From positions 160,001 to 224,000 of the forward strand of contig CAWHHI010000008.1 of assembly GCA_963829055.1 (NCBI GenBank): a stretch of DNA of 64,000 nt, given 5' to 3'. The position numbers and the translations under genes are program-made. Numbering within the stretch: position 1 is the first letter of the stretch; every line of letters begins with the position of its first letter. The DNA is from an uncultured Gemmatimonadaceae bacterium (GTDB lineage Bacteria > Gemmatimonadota > Gemmatimonadetes > Gemmatimonadales > Gemmatimonadaceae). Below the pieces are notes generated by a model that ran no database searches, was not told where the DNA came from, and saw nothing but the letters and a program-made list of their open reading frames with translations. Shown piece by piece: positions 11,233 to 21,299 of this stretch.

Positions 11233-11259
11233 CCAATCCGATTTCATCGCCGTGACGTA
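11233..11259 (+). promoter_or_regulatory. Possible ECF (SigK-like) promoter for the DUF4331 pair
   Basis: CCAATCC-N16-CGTA about 100 nt upstream of 11358. Confidence 0.3.
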
Positions 11260-11357
11260 CGCGTGATGATGGTCACACTCCGTGACCTTGGCGGGATCGC
11301 ACTGACCGGCCGGCAGCGCGAGCCTCGTCCCCACGTCACCGCGTTGCCGGAGATCTC

Positions 11358-12101
11358 ATGTCGCCTTCTCGCTCGCTGTCACGGAGCGCAGCGTTTACGG
11401 TCGGCGCCCTTTTGTTGGTGGGCGCTGGCTCGCTTGGCGTTGCTCTTAGAAGCTCTATCGCTTCGGACCACCAGGACACGCCCGAGGTGGAGTTGCACCC
11501 GCGCCTGGACATCAACGACGTGTATGCGTTTCCCGGATCGACTGCGAACCGCATCGCACTCGTGCTCACGACGTCCTCTCCCCTTACTCCGGCTGCATCC
11601 GTCGGCGCGACGTTCGACCCGGACATCCTCTATCAGATCAAGATCGACAACACCGGCGATGGGGTCGAAGACGTCGTCCTGCAGTTCACCTTCGACGGCG
11701 AAGGGGCCGCACAGCAGGTGACACTCCGCGGACCCGTCGCACCACAGCAGGTCGGCCGGCTCAACACGGTCATCGCCTCCGGACCGACGGTTACCGGGCC
11801 GACCAACACCGCCCTCGGGTCGGCCGAAGGCGTGCAGCTGTTCGCCGGTCTCCGCGACGATCCGTTCTATATCGATCTCGAGCAGTTCTTCAAGATCATC
11901 CCCGACCGTGCGCCCGTGCAGGGCCCGCTGTCGAAGATCGGGCCGAAGCCGGAGGCGAGCTCGTTCCGCAATCCGGGCGTCGACTTCCTTCGCGGGATCA
12001 ACGCGCTGGGCATCGTCGTCGAGCTCCCGGAGTCCATGATCATTCCGCCCAACGCCGGAAGCGATCCGAAGCTCGGCATCTGGGCGACCACCAGCCGCTG
12101 A
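11358..12101 (+). CDS. DUF4331-family exported protein (N-terminal-half type)
   Basis: Signal peptide, ASDHQD, DINDVYAF, FAGLRDDPFYIDL, IWATTSR. Confidence 0.85.
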   Translation: MSPSRSLSRSAAFTVGALLLVGAGSLGVALRSSIASDHQDTPEVELHPRLDINDVYAFPGSTANRIALVLTTSSPLTPAASVGATFDPDILYQIKIDNTGDGVEDVVLQFTFDGEGAAQQVTLRGPVAPQQVGRLNTVIASGPTVTGPTNTALGSAEGVQLFAGLRDDPFYIDLEQFFKIIPDRAPVQGPLSKIGPKPEASSFRNPGVDFLRGINALGIVVELPESMIIPPNAGSDPKLGIWATTSR

Positions 12102-12138
12102 CACCACACCGATGCCTAACGCACACAGGAGCCTTGCC

Positions 12139-12726
12139 ATGCGCGTCTCCACTTCCCTGCGATCCGCCGTTTTCGGGGTCGCCGTAGTCGCGGTGACCGT
12201 TGCCTGCAACGACACCGCCGCCGATCGAAACGGCCTCATCACCGGCACGCAGCCGGTCGCATCGCGCGAGGGCCGAGTGTTCACGCAGCGCGAGCGCCTC
12301 GGCAACCCGCTCGTGAGCGAGGTCATGATCCGAAAGGCGCATCACCAGGCTCACAACACGGGCATGCCCAGCACCGACGTTGGCGAGTTCACGGACGATC
12401 TCACCGGGTTCGTGACCGGTGTGGCGGGTCGCGATCCGGCGTACGCGAACGCGATCGCTGGCGCTCTGCTACCGGACATGCTCGTGACCTATCCCAAGCG
12501 CGATAACGTCAACCCAGCTACGCAGGTGTTCTGGTTGAGCTGGGCATTCGGCGGATACGGCGGCCGTAAGCTCACCGACGACGTCGTCGATATCGGGCTC
12601 GGAGTGATCTTCGGACCGCTGCTCGGGAACACGAACAACGTGTCACCCGGCCTAACGACAGACAACGTCAGCAACAATGACGTTGCGTTCGGGACGACGT
12701 TCCCGTACCTGGCGGCCGCGCACTGA
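12139..12726 (+). CDS. DUF4331-family lipoprotein (C-terminal-half type)
   Basis: AGGAG RBS, lipobox VAC, QRERLGNP, GRKLTDDVVD, FPYLAAAH. Confidence 0.8.
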   Translation: MRVSTSLRSAVFGVAVVAVTVACNDTAADRNGLITGTQPVASREGRVFTQRERLGNPLVSEVMIRKAHHQAHNTGMPSTDVGEFTDDLTGFVTGVAGRDPAYANAIAGALLPDMLVTYPKRDNVNPATQVFWLSWAFGGYGGRKLTDDVVDIGLGVIFGPLLGNTNNVSPGLTTDNVSNNDVAFGTTFPYLAAAH

Positions 12727-12786
12727 TCCGTTCGGCGACTGATGACATCGAGGCCGCGGCAGACGTCGCACGCGGCCTCGATGTCA

Positions 12787-14826
12787 TCAGTCGCGCACTT
12801 GCTTCGCCGCCTCGAGCACGTGCCCGATGTCGCGCGAGAGCGCGCGGGCTTCCTGGGTGGCACCCGACACGTCGTCGATCGACGACTGAACGCCCGCGGC
12901 GCGGAGCGCGATGAGATCGATCCGGATGTTCTGGAGCATCAACACGGCGCTCTCGGATTGCGACACGAGCGATTCCCGACGGCCCAGTAGATCGTCGAGT
13001 GTCGCGCGCTGTCGGCGGAGCAACGTCAGTTTCTTCTCGCGGTCCGAAGACTCCGGTTCCGCGGCCGCCGCGGCGATGCGCGCGTCCAGGCGCGCGAGTG
13101 TTTCGGGTGTCACGTCATGATCGAGCCGATGGAGCGCCTGCGCCAGCGACGCAATACGCTCGACGAGCGCGTCCACGGTGGGCCGCACATCGGGAATCAT
13201 GTCCCGATCGGTCTTCGACAGCTTGCCGATGGCGTCCAAAATCTCCGCTTCATCCTCGGCGGCCCGCATCACGCTCCCTCCGTGCGGACCCGCGAGGATG
13301 TCGGCGGGGACGAGCGCAGCCGCACGTTGCGGGGCCACGTTGCGGGCCGGCGCACCTAACGCCGCCGGGCCGCCCGCAGCGTTCAACCCACCGGCGGGGA
13401 GCTTCGCATTGCTGCCGAAGATGTCCCGCAGACGGACGCCTTCAGCCCATAACGACCCGCCGCGTTTCAACACGGAGAGCGACATGAACGCCGCGGGAAC
13501 AAGGAACCACGGCACGAACGGCGACGTGAAGAAATTGATGCCGGCAAGGACGGCCGCACTGGTGCCCACGCGCGCGACGTGCATGCGGAAGGCGCGAATG
13601 CGGAATTCGACCGGCACTTCCTGCCTCGGGTCGAAACCGGGTGGCATGAACTCCCCGCGCGCCAACGCTCTCCTCTGCTCTCGTATCTGCTCGCGCATCT
13701 GCCGGCGTTGGTTCTTGTTGTAGTTCCGCCAGTCTCGCCGCGCGTCACGCCATGAGGACGGCATCCAGGTGGGAATGGCGGGTTGCGAACCATCGGCGGC
13801 CGGCGGCGAGAACCACGGAGGCGCTTGTCCCGAAGGCGCTGCGGGCGGCCGGGCATCGTTGCGCGCGGTGGCGTCGCGGACCGCGCGATGGAACGCAGGC
13901 GGCTGCGCAGGCCACGGCTGCGCGTTAGGCTGCGGCGGAGGCTCCAGCGGCCTCACTGAAGGAGGCGCGGCCACCGGGACGCGCGGCCGGTCGTCGGCGA
14001 GCGCGTCGCGAAACGCGGCGGCATCCGGCCACCGGTCGTCAGGCTTCTTGGCCAGCGCCCGTTCAATGCTGTGCGCGAGACCGGGCGGCAGGTCGCTCCG
14101 CAACTCGCGAGCGGGCCGCGGCACCTCGTTCATGTGCTTCATCAGCATCGACGGCGTATTGGTCGCCGAGAACGGCAACTCGCCCGTGACCATCTGGTAG
14201 CCGACGACACCTAACGAGTAGAGATCGCTGCGGCCGTCGATCTCGCGTTCCCCAATCGCCTGCTCCGGGCTCATGTACGCGGGGGTCCCAACCGTGATGC
14301 CCGTTACGGTGAGCCGGGAGTCTCCCTCGGCAGCCCGTGCAATGCCGAAATCCGAAACGAGCGTACGACCCGTCACTCGATCGATGAGAATGTTGTCGGG
14401 CTTGATGTCGCGATGCACGATCGACCGGGCGTGCGCGTACGCGAGGGCGTCGGCTACGTCTCGGAGCACGCGCCGCGCGAACTCCAGCGGAGCGCGACGC
14501 TCACGTTTGAGGTAGGCGCCGAGACTCTCGCCTTCCACGAGCGCCATGACGAAGAAAACGAGCCCGTTGACCTCGTCGACGCTGTAGATCGGAACGACGT
14601 TTGGATGGCTGAGCTGCGCTGCCGTCTGTGCCTCGCGAAGAAATCGCGTTCTCACTTCCTCGCGGAACGCAAGCTCGGGTGGCAGCAGCTTGATCGCCAC
14701 GGAACGTCGGAGCCGCACGTCGCGGCCGCGGAACACGACGCCCATGCCGCCGCGGCCAATCTCTTCGGAGATCTCGTAGCGCTCGCCAACGGCCGCCGAG
14801 AGCCGTGACCGCAACTCGTCAGGCAT
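12787..14826 (-). CDS. Hanks-type Ser/Thr kinase + 2TM segment + C-terminal coiled-coil domain
   Basis: GRGGMG, VAIK, HRDIKPDN, DFG, GTPAYMSPE; then hydrophobic hairpin INFFTSPFVPWFLVP. Confidence 0.92.
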   Translation of the reverse strand: MPDELRSRLSAAVGERYEISEEIGRGGMGVVFRGRDVRLRRSVAIKLLPPELAFREEVRTRFLREAQTAAQLSHPNVVPIYSVDEVNGLVFFVMALVEGESLGAYLKRERRAPLEFARRVLRDVADALAYAHARSIVHRDIKPDNILIDRVTGRTLVSDFGIARAAEGDSRLTVTGITVGTPAYMSPEQAIGEREIDGRSDLYSLGVVGYQMVTGELPFSATNTPSMLMKHMNEVPRPARELRSDLPPGLAHSIERALAKKPDDRWPDAAAFRDALADDRPRVPVAAPPSVRPLEPPPQPNAQPWPAQPPAFHRAVRDATARNDARPPAAPSGQAPPWFSPPAADGSQPAIPTWMPSSWRDARRDWRNYNKNQRRQMREQIREQRRALARGEFMPPGFDPRQEVPVEFRIRAFRMHVARVGTSAAVLAGINFFTSPFVPWFLVPAAFMSLSVLKRGGSLWAEGVRLRDIFGSNAKLPAGGLNAAGGPAALGAPARNVAPQRAAALVPADILAGPHGGSVMRAAEDEAEILDAIGKLSKTDRDMIPDVRPTVDALVERIASLAQALHRLDHDVTPETLARLDARIAAAAAEPESSDREKKLTLLRRQRATLDDLLGRRESLVSQSESAVLMLQNIRIDLIALRAAGVQSSIDDVSGATQEARALSRDIGHVLEAAKQVRD

Positions 14827-14869
14827 TCTCTCGTGCTCCACGGGCCATGCGTCAACGCTCGCGCGGGCC

Positions 14870-16838
14870 TCACGACGTCCGCCGATTCGCGACTCCCGAG
14901 TCACGAAGGCCGAGCTTCCGCATCTCCTCCGCAACGTACACCGCGTTGTCGACTTCCTGCGCCAGCGACATCGCGCGTTCGGCCAGCTGCGTGACTTGCT
15001 GGAAGCTTTGCCCGCCGGTTTTGAGCTTCAGCACATCGTAGCGCATGTTCTCGAGCGCCAGCACGCAGTTCTCGAATCGCGCGCCCTGACTCTCGCGTTT
15101 CTTCTTGAGCTCTCGCAGTGAGCCGCGTTTCCGTTTGAGAATCGCCAGTCGCCGGACCCGCTCCTCACTGCGCGGGTCCATCGGGTTCGCCGCGGCTTCG
15201 AGCTGTTCGATTTCCTGCTCGACCTTGTCGCCATCATCCGCGGCGAACCCGCGGTCGAGCTCCGTCAGATCCACGGCGAGCAGCTCGATGCGCCGATAGA
15301 GCGCGTCTGCTGTAGCCGGAACTTCCTCGACCTGCTCGCGTTCGCGCTTGGGAAGCGTTTCGATCAGTCGAAGAATGTCCTCGCGATGTCTGGCCGCGTC
15401 TCGGATCTTTGCCGCATACCCCGGCGACACTCGCGCGAGGCTCGCCGCGGGCATTTCGGATGTTCCCGTCGATCGCCCTGAGGAGTCGCCGCCAAAAAGC
15501 CGCCGATTCGACTTCCGCGCGCGGATCCGATCACGCTCCAGCACCTCCGTGCGCTTCTTCTTGTCGAAGAGCGCGCGGAAGTCGTCGATCGATTCCGCGA
15601 CGACATTGAAGAACAGTCGATCCTTCGGCTGCTTGAAGACGTCGCGCCAGTCATACCCGTCGGTCCAGAGCTTCGCGTACTGGTAGGCGAGGTACACGCT
15701 CCAGATCCCGACGATCCCCATCAGGTTCAGCACGCCGAAGATCGCGAGCACCGTCACGACGGCGCTCACGGCGAAGAACGGCGCGAGCTTCTTCCGGAAC
15801 GCGACGACCTTCTCATCGCGCCAGCGCACCATCTCCTCGGGCGTCACCGAGTCGCTGTCCGCCTCCGAGATACCTGCGAACGAGCGACCGTCACGGCCGC
15901 TCGACGTCATCCCGCCGAACCGGTTCGGCTCGTACGAGAGACTCGACTGCGGCAACTCCGGGACATCCCGCGTGTCGAGTGCCACGACGAGCGCATCCGC
16001 CGTCGGGAATCGATTCGCTGGCTCCTTCTCCAGGAGCATCATGACTGCGCGTGCGAGGTCGGGTGGCGCGTCAGGACGGTGAACATCCACCGGCGTCGGT
16101 CGCTCGCTGATCTGCTTCACGAGCAGCGCCGGCGTGCTCGACGCATTGAACGGCAACTCGCCCGACAGCATTCTGATAGCCGACGACGCCGAGCGCATAG
16201 AGATCGCTCCGCCCGTCGATTTCGCGCTCACCCATGGACTGCTCGGGCGACATGTAGGCGGGCGTCCCAATCGCCATACCCGTAGCCGTCAGTCGCGAAT
16301 CGGCACCCTCCGTCACCGCACGGGCGATACCGAAGTCGGTGACCATGACGCGGCCGTCATCATCGCTGCACAGCAGGATGTTGTCGGGCTTGATGTCGCG
16401 ATGGACTACGCCTCGCTCGTGAGCGTAGGCGAGAGCTTCCGCCACTTCCTTGAGAATCCTGCGCGTCTCGTCCGGGTCCAGTCGGTTTTCCCGATGGAGA
16501 CGCACGCCGAGATTCTCGCCGTCGACAAAGGCCATGACGAAAAAGACCAATCCGTCGCGTTCGTCGACGCTGTAGATCGGAACGATGTTTGGATGACTGA
16601 GCTGCGCGGCCGTTTCGGCTTCCTTGAGAAACCGCGATCGGATCTCGGAGCGAAACGCGAGCTCCGGTGGCAAGAGCTTCACAGCCACTTGCCGCTTCAG
16701 TCGCCGGTCTTTCGCCTTGTAGACGATGCCCATCCCGCCTCGGCCGATCTCACGGTCGAGCTCATAATTGGCGCTGAGCACGCGCTCGACATGCGCGTGT
16801 AACTCAGCGTCCGAGGACGAGACGACGGGATCCGGCAC
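14870..16838 (-). CDS. Second Ser/Thr kinase paralog with the same architecture (frameshift near 16170)
   Basis: Kinase motifs in ORF 16071-16964 continue as MLSGELPF... in ORF 14870-16270. Confidence 0.88.
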
Positions 16839-17305
16839 CGAGATTATCCGTTGGTGGGAGGGGCGAGGTGAGTAGTGTAGCACCGCGACGGACATCTGAA
16901 AAGACGAGAAGGGCGTTGGGGCGACGCGCGATGCGTAAACACCACATTGGCTTACGTGTCGCACTTCGCGCGTCGGAAGCCACGCCCTGAGAGTCGTCAG
17001 CGAGAGTCATCGGCCGTAGCGTCTTCCGTGGCTGATCATGGTCTGCTGGCGGCTTCGGCGTAGGCGTGGGCTGCCGTTTGCGCGCCTACCCTACGACATA
17101 CCGGCCGTTGAAAGTTGCAATCCCCGCCACCTTGGCGTAACTCACGTGCCCGATCCATGCATTACGCGGGGCCTAATGCGGCCGTGACATCCACTGCGGT
17201 CGGTTCCACGAGCGAGTGATGGTTCGCTGCATGCCGTGGAATGGAGTGTGCGACGCACACCCGGCCCGCCGGATGCGGGATGTTCTTCAGACTAGGTATG
17301 CAAGA

Positions 17306-19873
17306 ATGGCTCAGCGCCAAACACTTCCGGTCCTTCCGCTTCGCGGAACAGTGATCTTTCCGGGCCTGACGGCTCCGATCGCTGCCGGTCGACCGGGAAC
17401 GCTGCGCGCGATCGAGGCGGCGTTGAAGAGCGACCGTCTCGTGTTCGCGGTTGCGCAGCGAGACAATACCGACGAGCCGACGCCGGATATCCTCTACTCG
17501 ATGGGCGTCATCGCCCGCATCGGGCAGATCCAGCGCGGATTGGGCGGTGTGCAGCTCCTGTTGCAAGGGGAGCAACGCGCGACCGCTCTGCAGTACTCAA
17601 CCTCAGAAGGCTATTTGAACGCGGTCGTGATGCCGGTGGACGAAATGACACCGCTCAACGATCACGACCCGGCGTTCGAAGGCTTACATAAAGAGATCCG
17701 CGAGCGCGCCGCCGAGCTTGGCGAGCGCCGCGGGCTACCCGAAGAGGTCGTTCACCAGGTCCTCGACTCTGTAACCGAGCCGGGTCGCTTCGCCGACCTC
17801 GTTGCCGGATACATTGAGCTGCCAGTCGCCGAGAAGCAGGGATTGCTCGAAACGCTCAGCGTCGAGGAGCGGCTGCGTCGCGTCCTCGTTCACGTCCAGC
17901 GCCAGATCGGTCTGCTCGAAGCGCAGGAAGAGATCAAGTCGCAAGTGCAGGAAGAGCTCGGAGAGCGACAGCGAGAGATGTATCTCCGCGAGCAGTTGAA
18001 AGCGATTCAGAAAGAGCTCGGTGATGACGATCAGGCGAAGGAGGTCACCGAGCTGCGTGAGAAGCTGATGAAGCTCACGCTGCCCAAGGAGGCGCGCGCC
18101 GAGGTAGAGCGCGAGCTCGGCCGACTGGAGCGCTCAGGGCGCGAGTCCATGGAAGCACAGGTCATCCGCACGTACCTGGAGTGGATTGCTGAGCTTCCGT
18201 GGAGCAATCGATCCGACGACCACCTCGATCTTCGTCGCGCCTCGGAAGTTCTGGACGAAGATCACTACGGTCTGCAGGACGTGAAGGATCGCGTGCTGGA
18301 GTTTCTCGCGGTTCGTCAGCTTCGAGCCGAGCAGCTCGCGGCCGAAGTCGAAAAAACGGGCGAGCTTCCGGCGTCGAAAATCAAGCCGGCGAAGGAAGAC
18401 GCGACGCCTGCGCTCAACGTCGCGGATGACGACGATCGCACGATCACCGACGCGAAGGAAGTCAAAGCGCGCGCGATGGCAAAAGGCCCGATTCTACTGT
18501 TCGTCGGTCCGCCAGGCGTCGGCAAGACGTCTATCGCAAAGTCGATCGCACGTGCGCTCGGTCGCGAATACGTGCGTGTCGCCCTCGGCGGCGCGCGCGA
18601 TGAGGCCGACATCCGCGGACACCGTCGGACCTACGTTGGCGCTATGCCTGGCCGCATCGTGCAGGGTATGAAGCAGGCCGGTACGAAGAATCCGGTCTTC
18701 CTGCTCGACGAGGTCGACAAGCTCGGGGTGTCGTTCCAGGGCGATCCGTCGAGCGCATTGCTCGAAGTGCTCGACCCCGCGCAGAACGACAGCTTCACCG
18801 ATCACTACCTCGGGATTCCGTTCGACCTCAGTGAGGTCCTGTTCATCGCGACCGCGAATTTCATTCAGAACATTCCCGGTCCGCTGCTCGATCGAATGGA
18901 AACGGTCGATTTCGCGGGCTACACCGAGCGCGAGAAGGCCGAGATCGCGAAGACGTACCTGATTCCGCGTCAGCTCGAGGACGCGGGATTGGCGGACAAG
19001 AACGTCAGCTTCACGGATGAGGCGGTCATGTCTGTCGTCTCGAACTACACCCGCGAGAGTGGCGTTCGTCAGCTCGAGCGACAGATCGGTGCGGTCGCGC
19101 GAAAGGTCGCGCGGCGCATCGCGGCCGGCGACACCGGCGTGATCGCCGACGGGAAGATCGACGCCGACGAGGTGCGCGAGCTCCTCGGCCGGCCGAAGGT
19201 CCACCCGGAGCGCGCGAACGAAACGAACGAGGTGGGCATCGCGACGGGCATGTACTACACGCCGGTCGGCGGCGACATCATGTTCGTCGAAGCCTCGATC
19301 CGACGGTACTACGGCGGAACACCTAACGTCGACGCGGCCACGCAGGTCGGCCCCGGTGGCGCGGTGTCGCTGATCCTCACCGGCCAGCTTGGCGACGTCA
19401 TGAAGGAGTCGGCGCGTGCGGCATTCACGTACGCGACGAACAACGCGGCGAAGCTGGGAATTCCGAAGGACCGCCTCGGCGCCATCGAGGCGCACATCCA
19501 CGTTCCGGCGGGAGCTATCCCGAAGGACGGTCCGTCGGCAGGCATCGCGATCGCGACGGCGCTGGTCTCGGAGATGTCGGACAGGCCGGTTCGCCGGGAC
19601 GTCGCGATGACCGGAGAGATCACGCTCCGCGGTCGCGTGCTTCCCATCGGCGGTCTCAAGGAGAAGGTGCTCGGCGCTCACCGCGCAGGCATCAAGGTGA
19701 TCGTCATTCCGAAGAACAACGAGGCGGACATCGAGGACATCCCCGAGGAGGTGCGCAAGCAGCTCAGCTTCCACCCTGTGGAGACGCTCGAGGAAGTGCT
19801 CAAGATCGCGCTGGTACCTGAGAAGGACGTGGAAGTCGCCGAGGAGAAGGCCGAGGCGATGGCAGCGGCCTAG
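17306..19873 (+). CDS. lon: ATP-dependent Lon protease
   Basis: LPVLPLR N-domain, [23 protein letters not shown] catalytic Ser, GGLKEK catalytic Lys. Confidence 0.97.
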   Translation: MAQRQTLPVLPLRGTVIFPGLTAPIAAGRPGTLRAIEAALKSDRLVFAVAQRDNTDEPTPDILYSMGVIARIGQIQRGLGGVQLLLQGEQRATALQYSTSEGYLNAVVMPVDEMTPLNDHDPAFEGLHKEIRERAAELGERRGLPEEVVHQVLDSVTEPGRFADLVAGYIELPVAEKQGLLETLSVEERLRRVLVHVQRQIGLLEAQEEIKSQVQEELGERQREMYLREQLKAIQKELGDDDQAKEVTELREKLMKLTLPKEARAEVERELGRLERSGRESMEAQVIRTYLEWIAELPWSNRSDDHLDLRRASEVLDEDHYGLQDVKDRVLEFLAVRQLRAEQLAAEVEKTGELPASKIKPAKEDATPALNVADDDDRTITDAKEVKARAMAKGPILLFVGPPGVGKTSIAKSIARALGREYVRVALGGARDEADIRGHRRTYVGAMPGRIVQGMKQAGTKNPVFLLDEVDKLGVSFQGDPSSALLEVLDPAQNDSFTDHYLGIPFDLSEVLFIATANFIQNIPGPLLDRMETVDFAGYTEREKAEIAKTYLIPRQLEDAGLADKNVSFTDEAVMSVVSNYTRESGVRQLERQIGAVARKVARRIAAGDTGVIADGKIDADEVRELLGRPKVHPERANETNEVGIATGMYYTPVGGDIMFVEASIRRYYGGTPNVDAATQVGPGGAVSLILTGQLGDVMKESARAAFTYATNNAAKLGIPKDRLGAIEAHIHVPAGAIPKDGPSAGIAIATALVSEMSDRPVRRDVAMTGEITLRGRVLPIGGLKEKVLGAHRAGIKVIVIPKNNEADIEDIPEEVRKQLSFHPVETLEEVLKIALVPEKDVEVAEEKAEAMAAA

Positions 19874-19922
19874 GACACGCAGGATCCTCCGGATCTCGAC
19901 TCGAGATCCGCCATGTAACACG

Positions 19923-19965
19923 GAACCGCGCTGGCTCGTATGTTGAGCCGGCGCGGTTCTTTTTT
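19923..19965 (+). terminator. Rho-independent terminator of lon
   Basis: GAACCGCGCTGGCTC-N7-GAGCCGGCGCGGTTC followed by a T6 tract. Confidence 0.9.
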
Positions 19966-20022
19966 GTCCACCCCGCGCTCCACGCTCCACCGTGGATCAA
20001 AGGCCTCAACCATTCCCGCCGA

Positions 20023-21270
20023 ATGCAGTTCCGCGTCGTTGCCGCTGCCCGCGTCGGATTCGACGCGCTCAAGGTCAATCCGCTTCGCACCGCGCTCTCG
20101 ACGCTCGGCGTCATCATTGGCGTTGCGTCACTCGTGGCAGTCCTGTCGCTCGGCGACGGCATGGAGCGCATGGCACGGTCGGAGGTCGAACGGACGACCG
20201 ATGTTCAGACGGTGAGCGTCACGTCGAAGACCACGGAGAGCGTGGACGGGCAGACGTTGCCAGTGCGCGACTACCCCGTGTTCACGCTCGCTGACGCGGC
20301 CGCCGCGCGCGATGAGATCAGCGACGCGAGCGGCGTCTCGCTCTCGTTAGGGGGCCGAACCACGGTCGATTCTCCGCAGACGGGCAAACGACGCTCGACC
20401 GGTGTCACCGCCACGCTCGCCGACGCCGATCAGTTCATGCGACTCGAGTTCTCCGACGGACGCTATTTCTCGCCGATCGAGGCGGCGCGCAACACGCCCG
20501 TCGTAGTCCTGTCGAACAAGCTCGCGGGCGAGCTCGCGGCTGGTCGTGCGCCGTCGTCAATGATCGGGCGAACGGTTCGCGTGAATGGCAACCCGCGAGA
20601 GGTGATCGGGATTCTCGCGCCGTACAAGGGCGAGTTCGCATTGAACCTGTACGTGCCGTTCACCGCTGCGAGTACCGTGCTTCCTCCCGCGGTTGCGCCC
20701 CGGACGCCAACCCTGTTGGTCAAGGCGCGCCGCATCGAGGATGTCGACCGAGCCAAAGCGCTCGTCGAGGACTGGGTCGCACAACGATTCGGCCGCTGGG
20801 AAGGACGTATCGAGGTGCAGACCTCGACGCAACGTCTCGCCCAGGCGACGGAGGGCATCTTCGTGTTCAAGCTGTTCATGGGCGCCATCACGGGCATTTC
20901 TCTGCTCGTCGGCGGCATCGGCATCATGAACGTGCTTCTGGCGTCGGTGACGGAGCGCACGCGCGAGATCGGCGTTCGGAAAGCAATGGGCGCACGTCGC
21001 CGCGATATTCTCCTGCAATTCCTCGCCGAGTCGGTAGCGATCTCGGGGGCCGGCAGCTTGTTAGGCATCGCGCTTGGGCTCTCGGGCGCGTTCGCCATTG
21101 TCGCCGCGATCCGGTCGCAGGCACAGGCCATCTATCTCGACGCCACGTTCTCCTGGTCGACGGTCGTATCGGCCGCTTTGTCCGCGATCATCGTCGGCCT
21201 AACGTTTGGCACGTACCCGGCGCGTCGTGCCGCACGACTCAGTCCGATAGACGCGATTCGCCACGAGTAG
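20023..21270 (+). CDS. MacB/FtsX-family ABC transporter permease
   Basis: LRTALSTLGVIIGV, VGGIGIMNVLL, ERTREIGVRKAMGA, PIDAIRHE. Confidence 0.93.
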   Translation: MQFRVVAAARVGFDALKVNPLRTALSTLGVIIGVASLVAVLSLGDGMERMARSEVERTTDVQTVSVTSKTTESVDGQTLPVRDYPVFTLADAAAARDEISDASGVSLSLGGRTTVDSPQTGKRRSTGVTATLADADQFMRLEFSDGRYFSPIEAARNTPVVVLSNKLAGELAAGRAPSSMIGRTVRVNGNPREVIGILAPYKGEFALNLYVPFTAASTVLPPAVAPRTPTLLVKARRIEDVDRAKALVEDWVAQRFGRWEGRIEVQTSTQRLAQATEGIFVFKLFMGAITGISLLVGGIGIMNVLLASVTERTREIGVRKAMGARRRDILLQFLAESVAISGAGSLLGIALGLSGAFAIVAAIRSQAQAIYLDATFSWSTVVSAALSAIIVGLTFGTYPARRAARLSPIDAIRHE

Positions 21271-21299
21271 CCCCGAGGCGCGCTTCTGCTCAGAAGTGG

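Noticed and set aside
16160..16180. Programmed ribosomal frameshifting at gene breaks
   Set aside because: No consistent slippery heptamer or stimulatory structure; the breaks are too many and too scattered, so assembly error is more likely.
18494..19990. 498-aa antisense ORF over lon (likewise 52824-54659 over copA, 55187-56833 over M16 and 31779-33107 over E1)
   Set aside because: Shadow ORFs typical of high-GC DNA; no motifs, and the opposite strand encodes a clear conserved protein.
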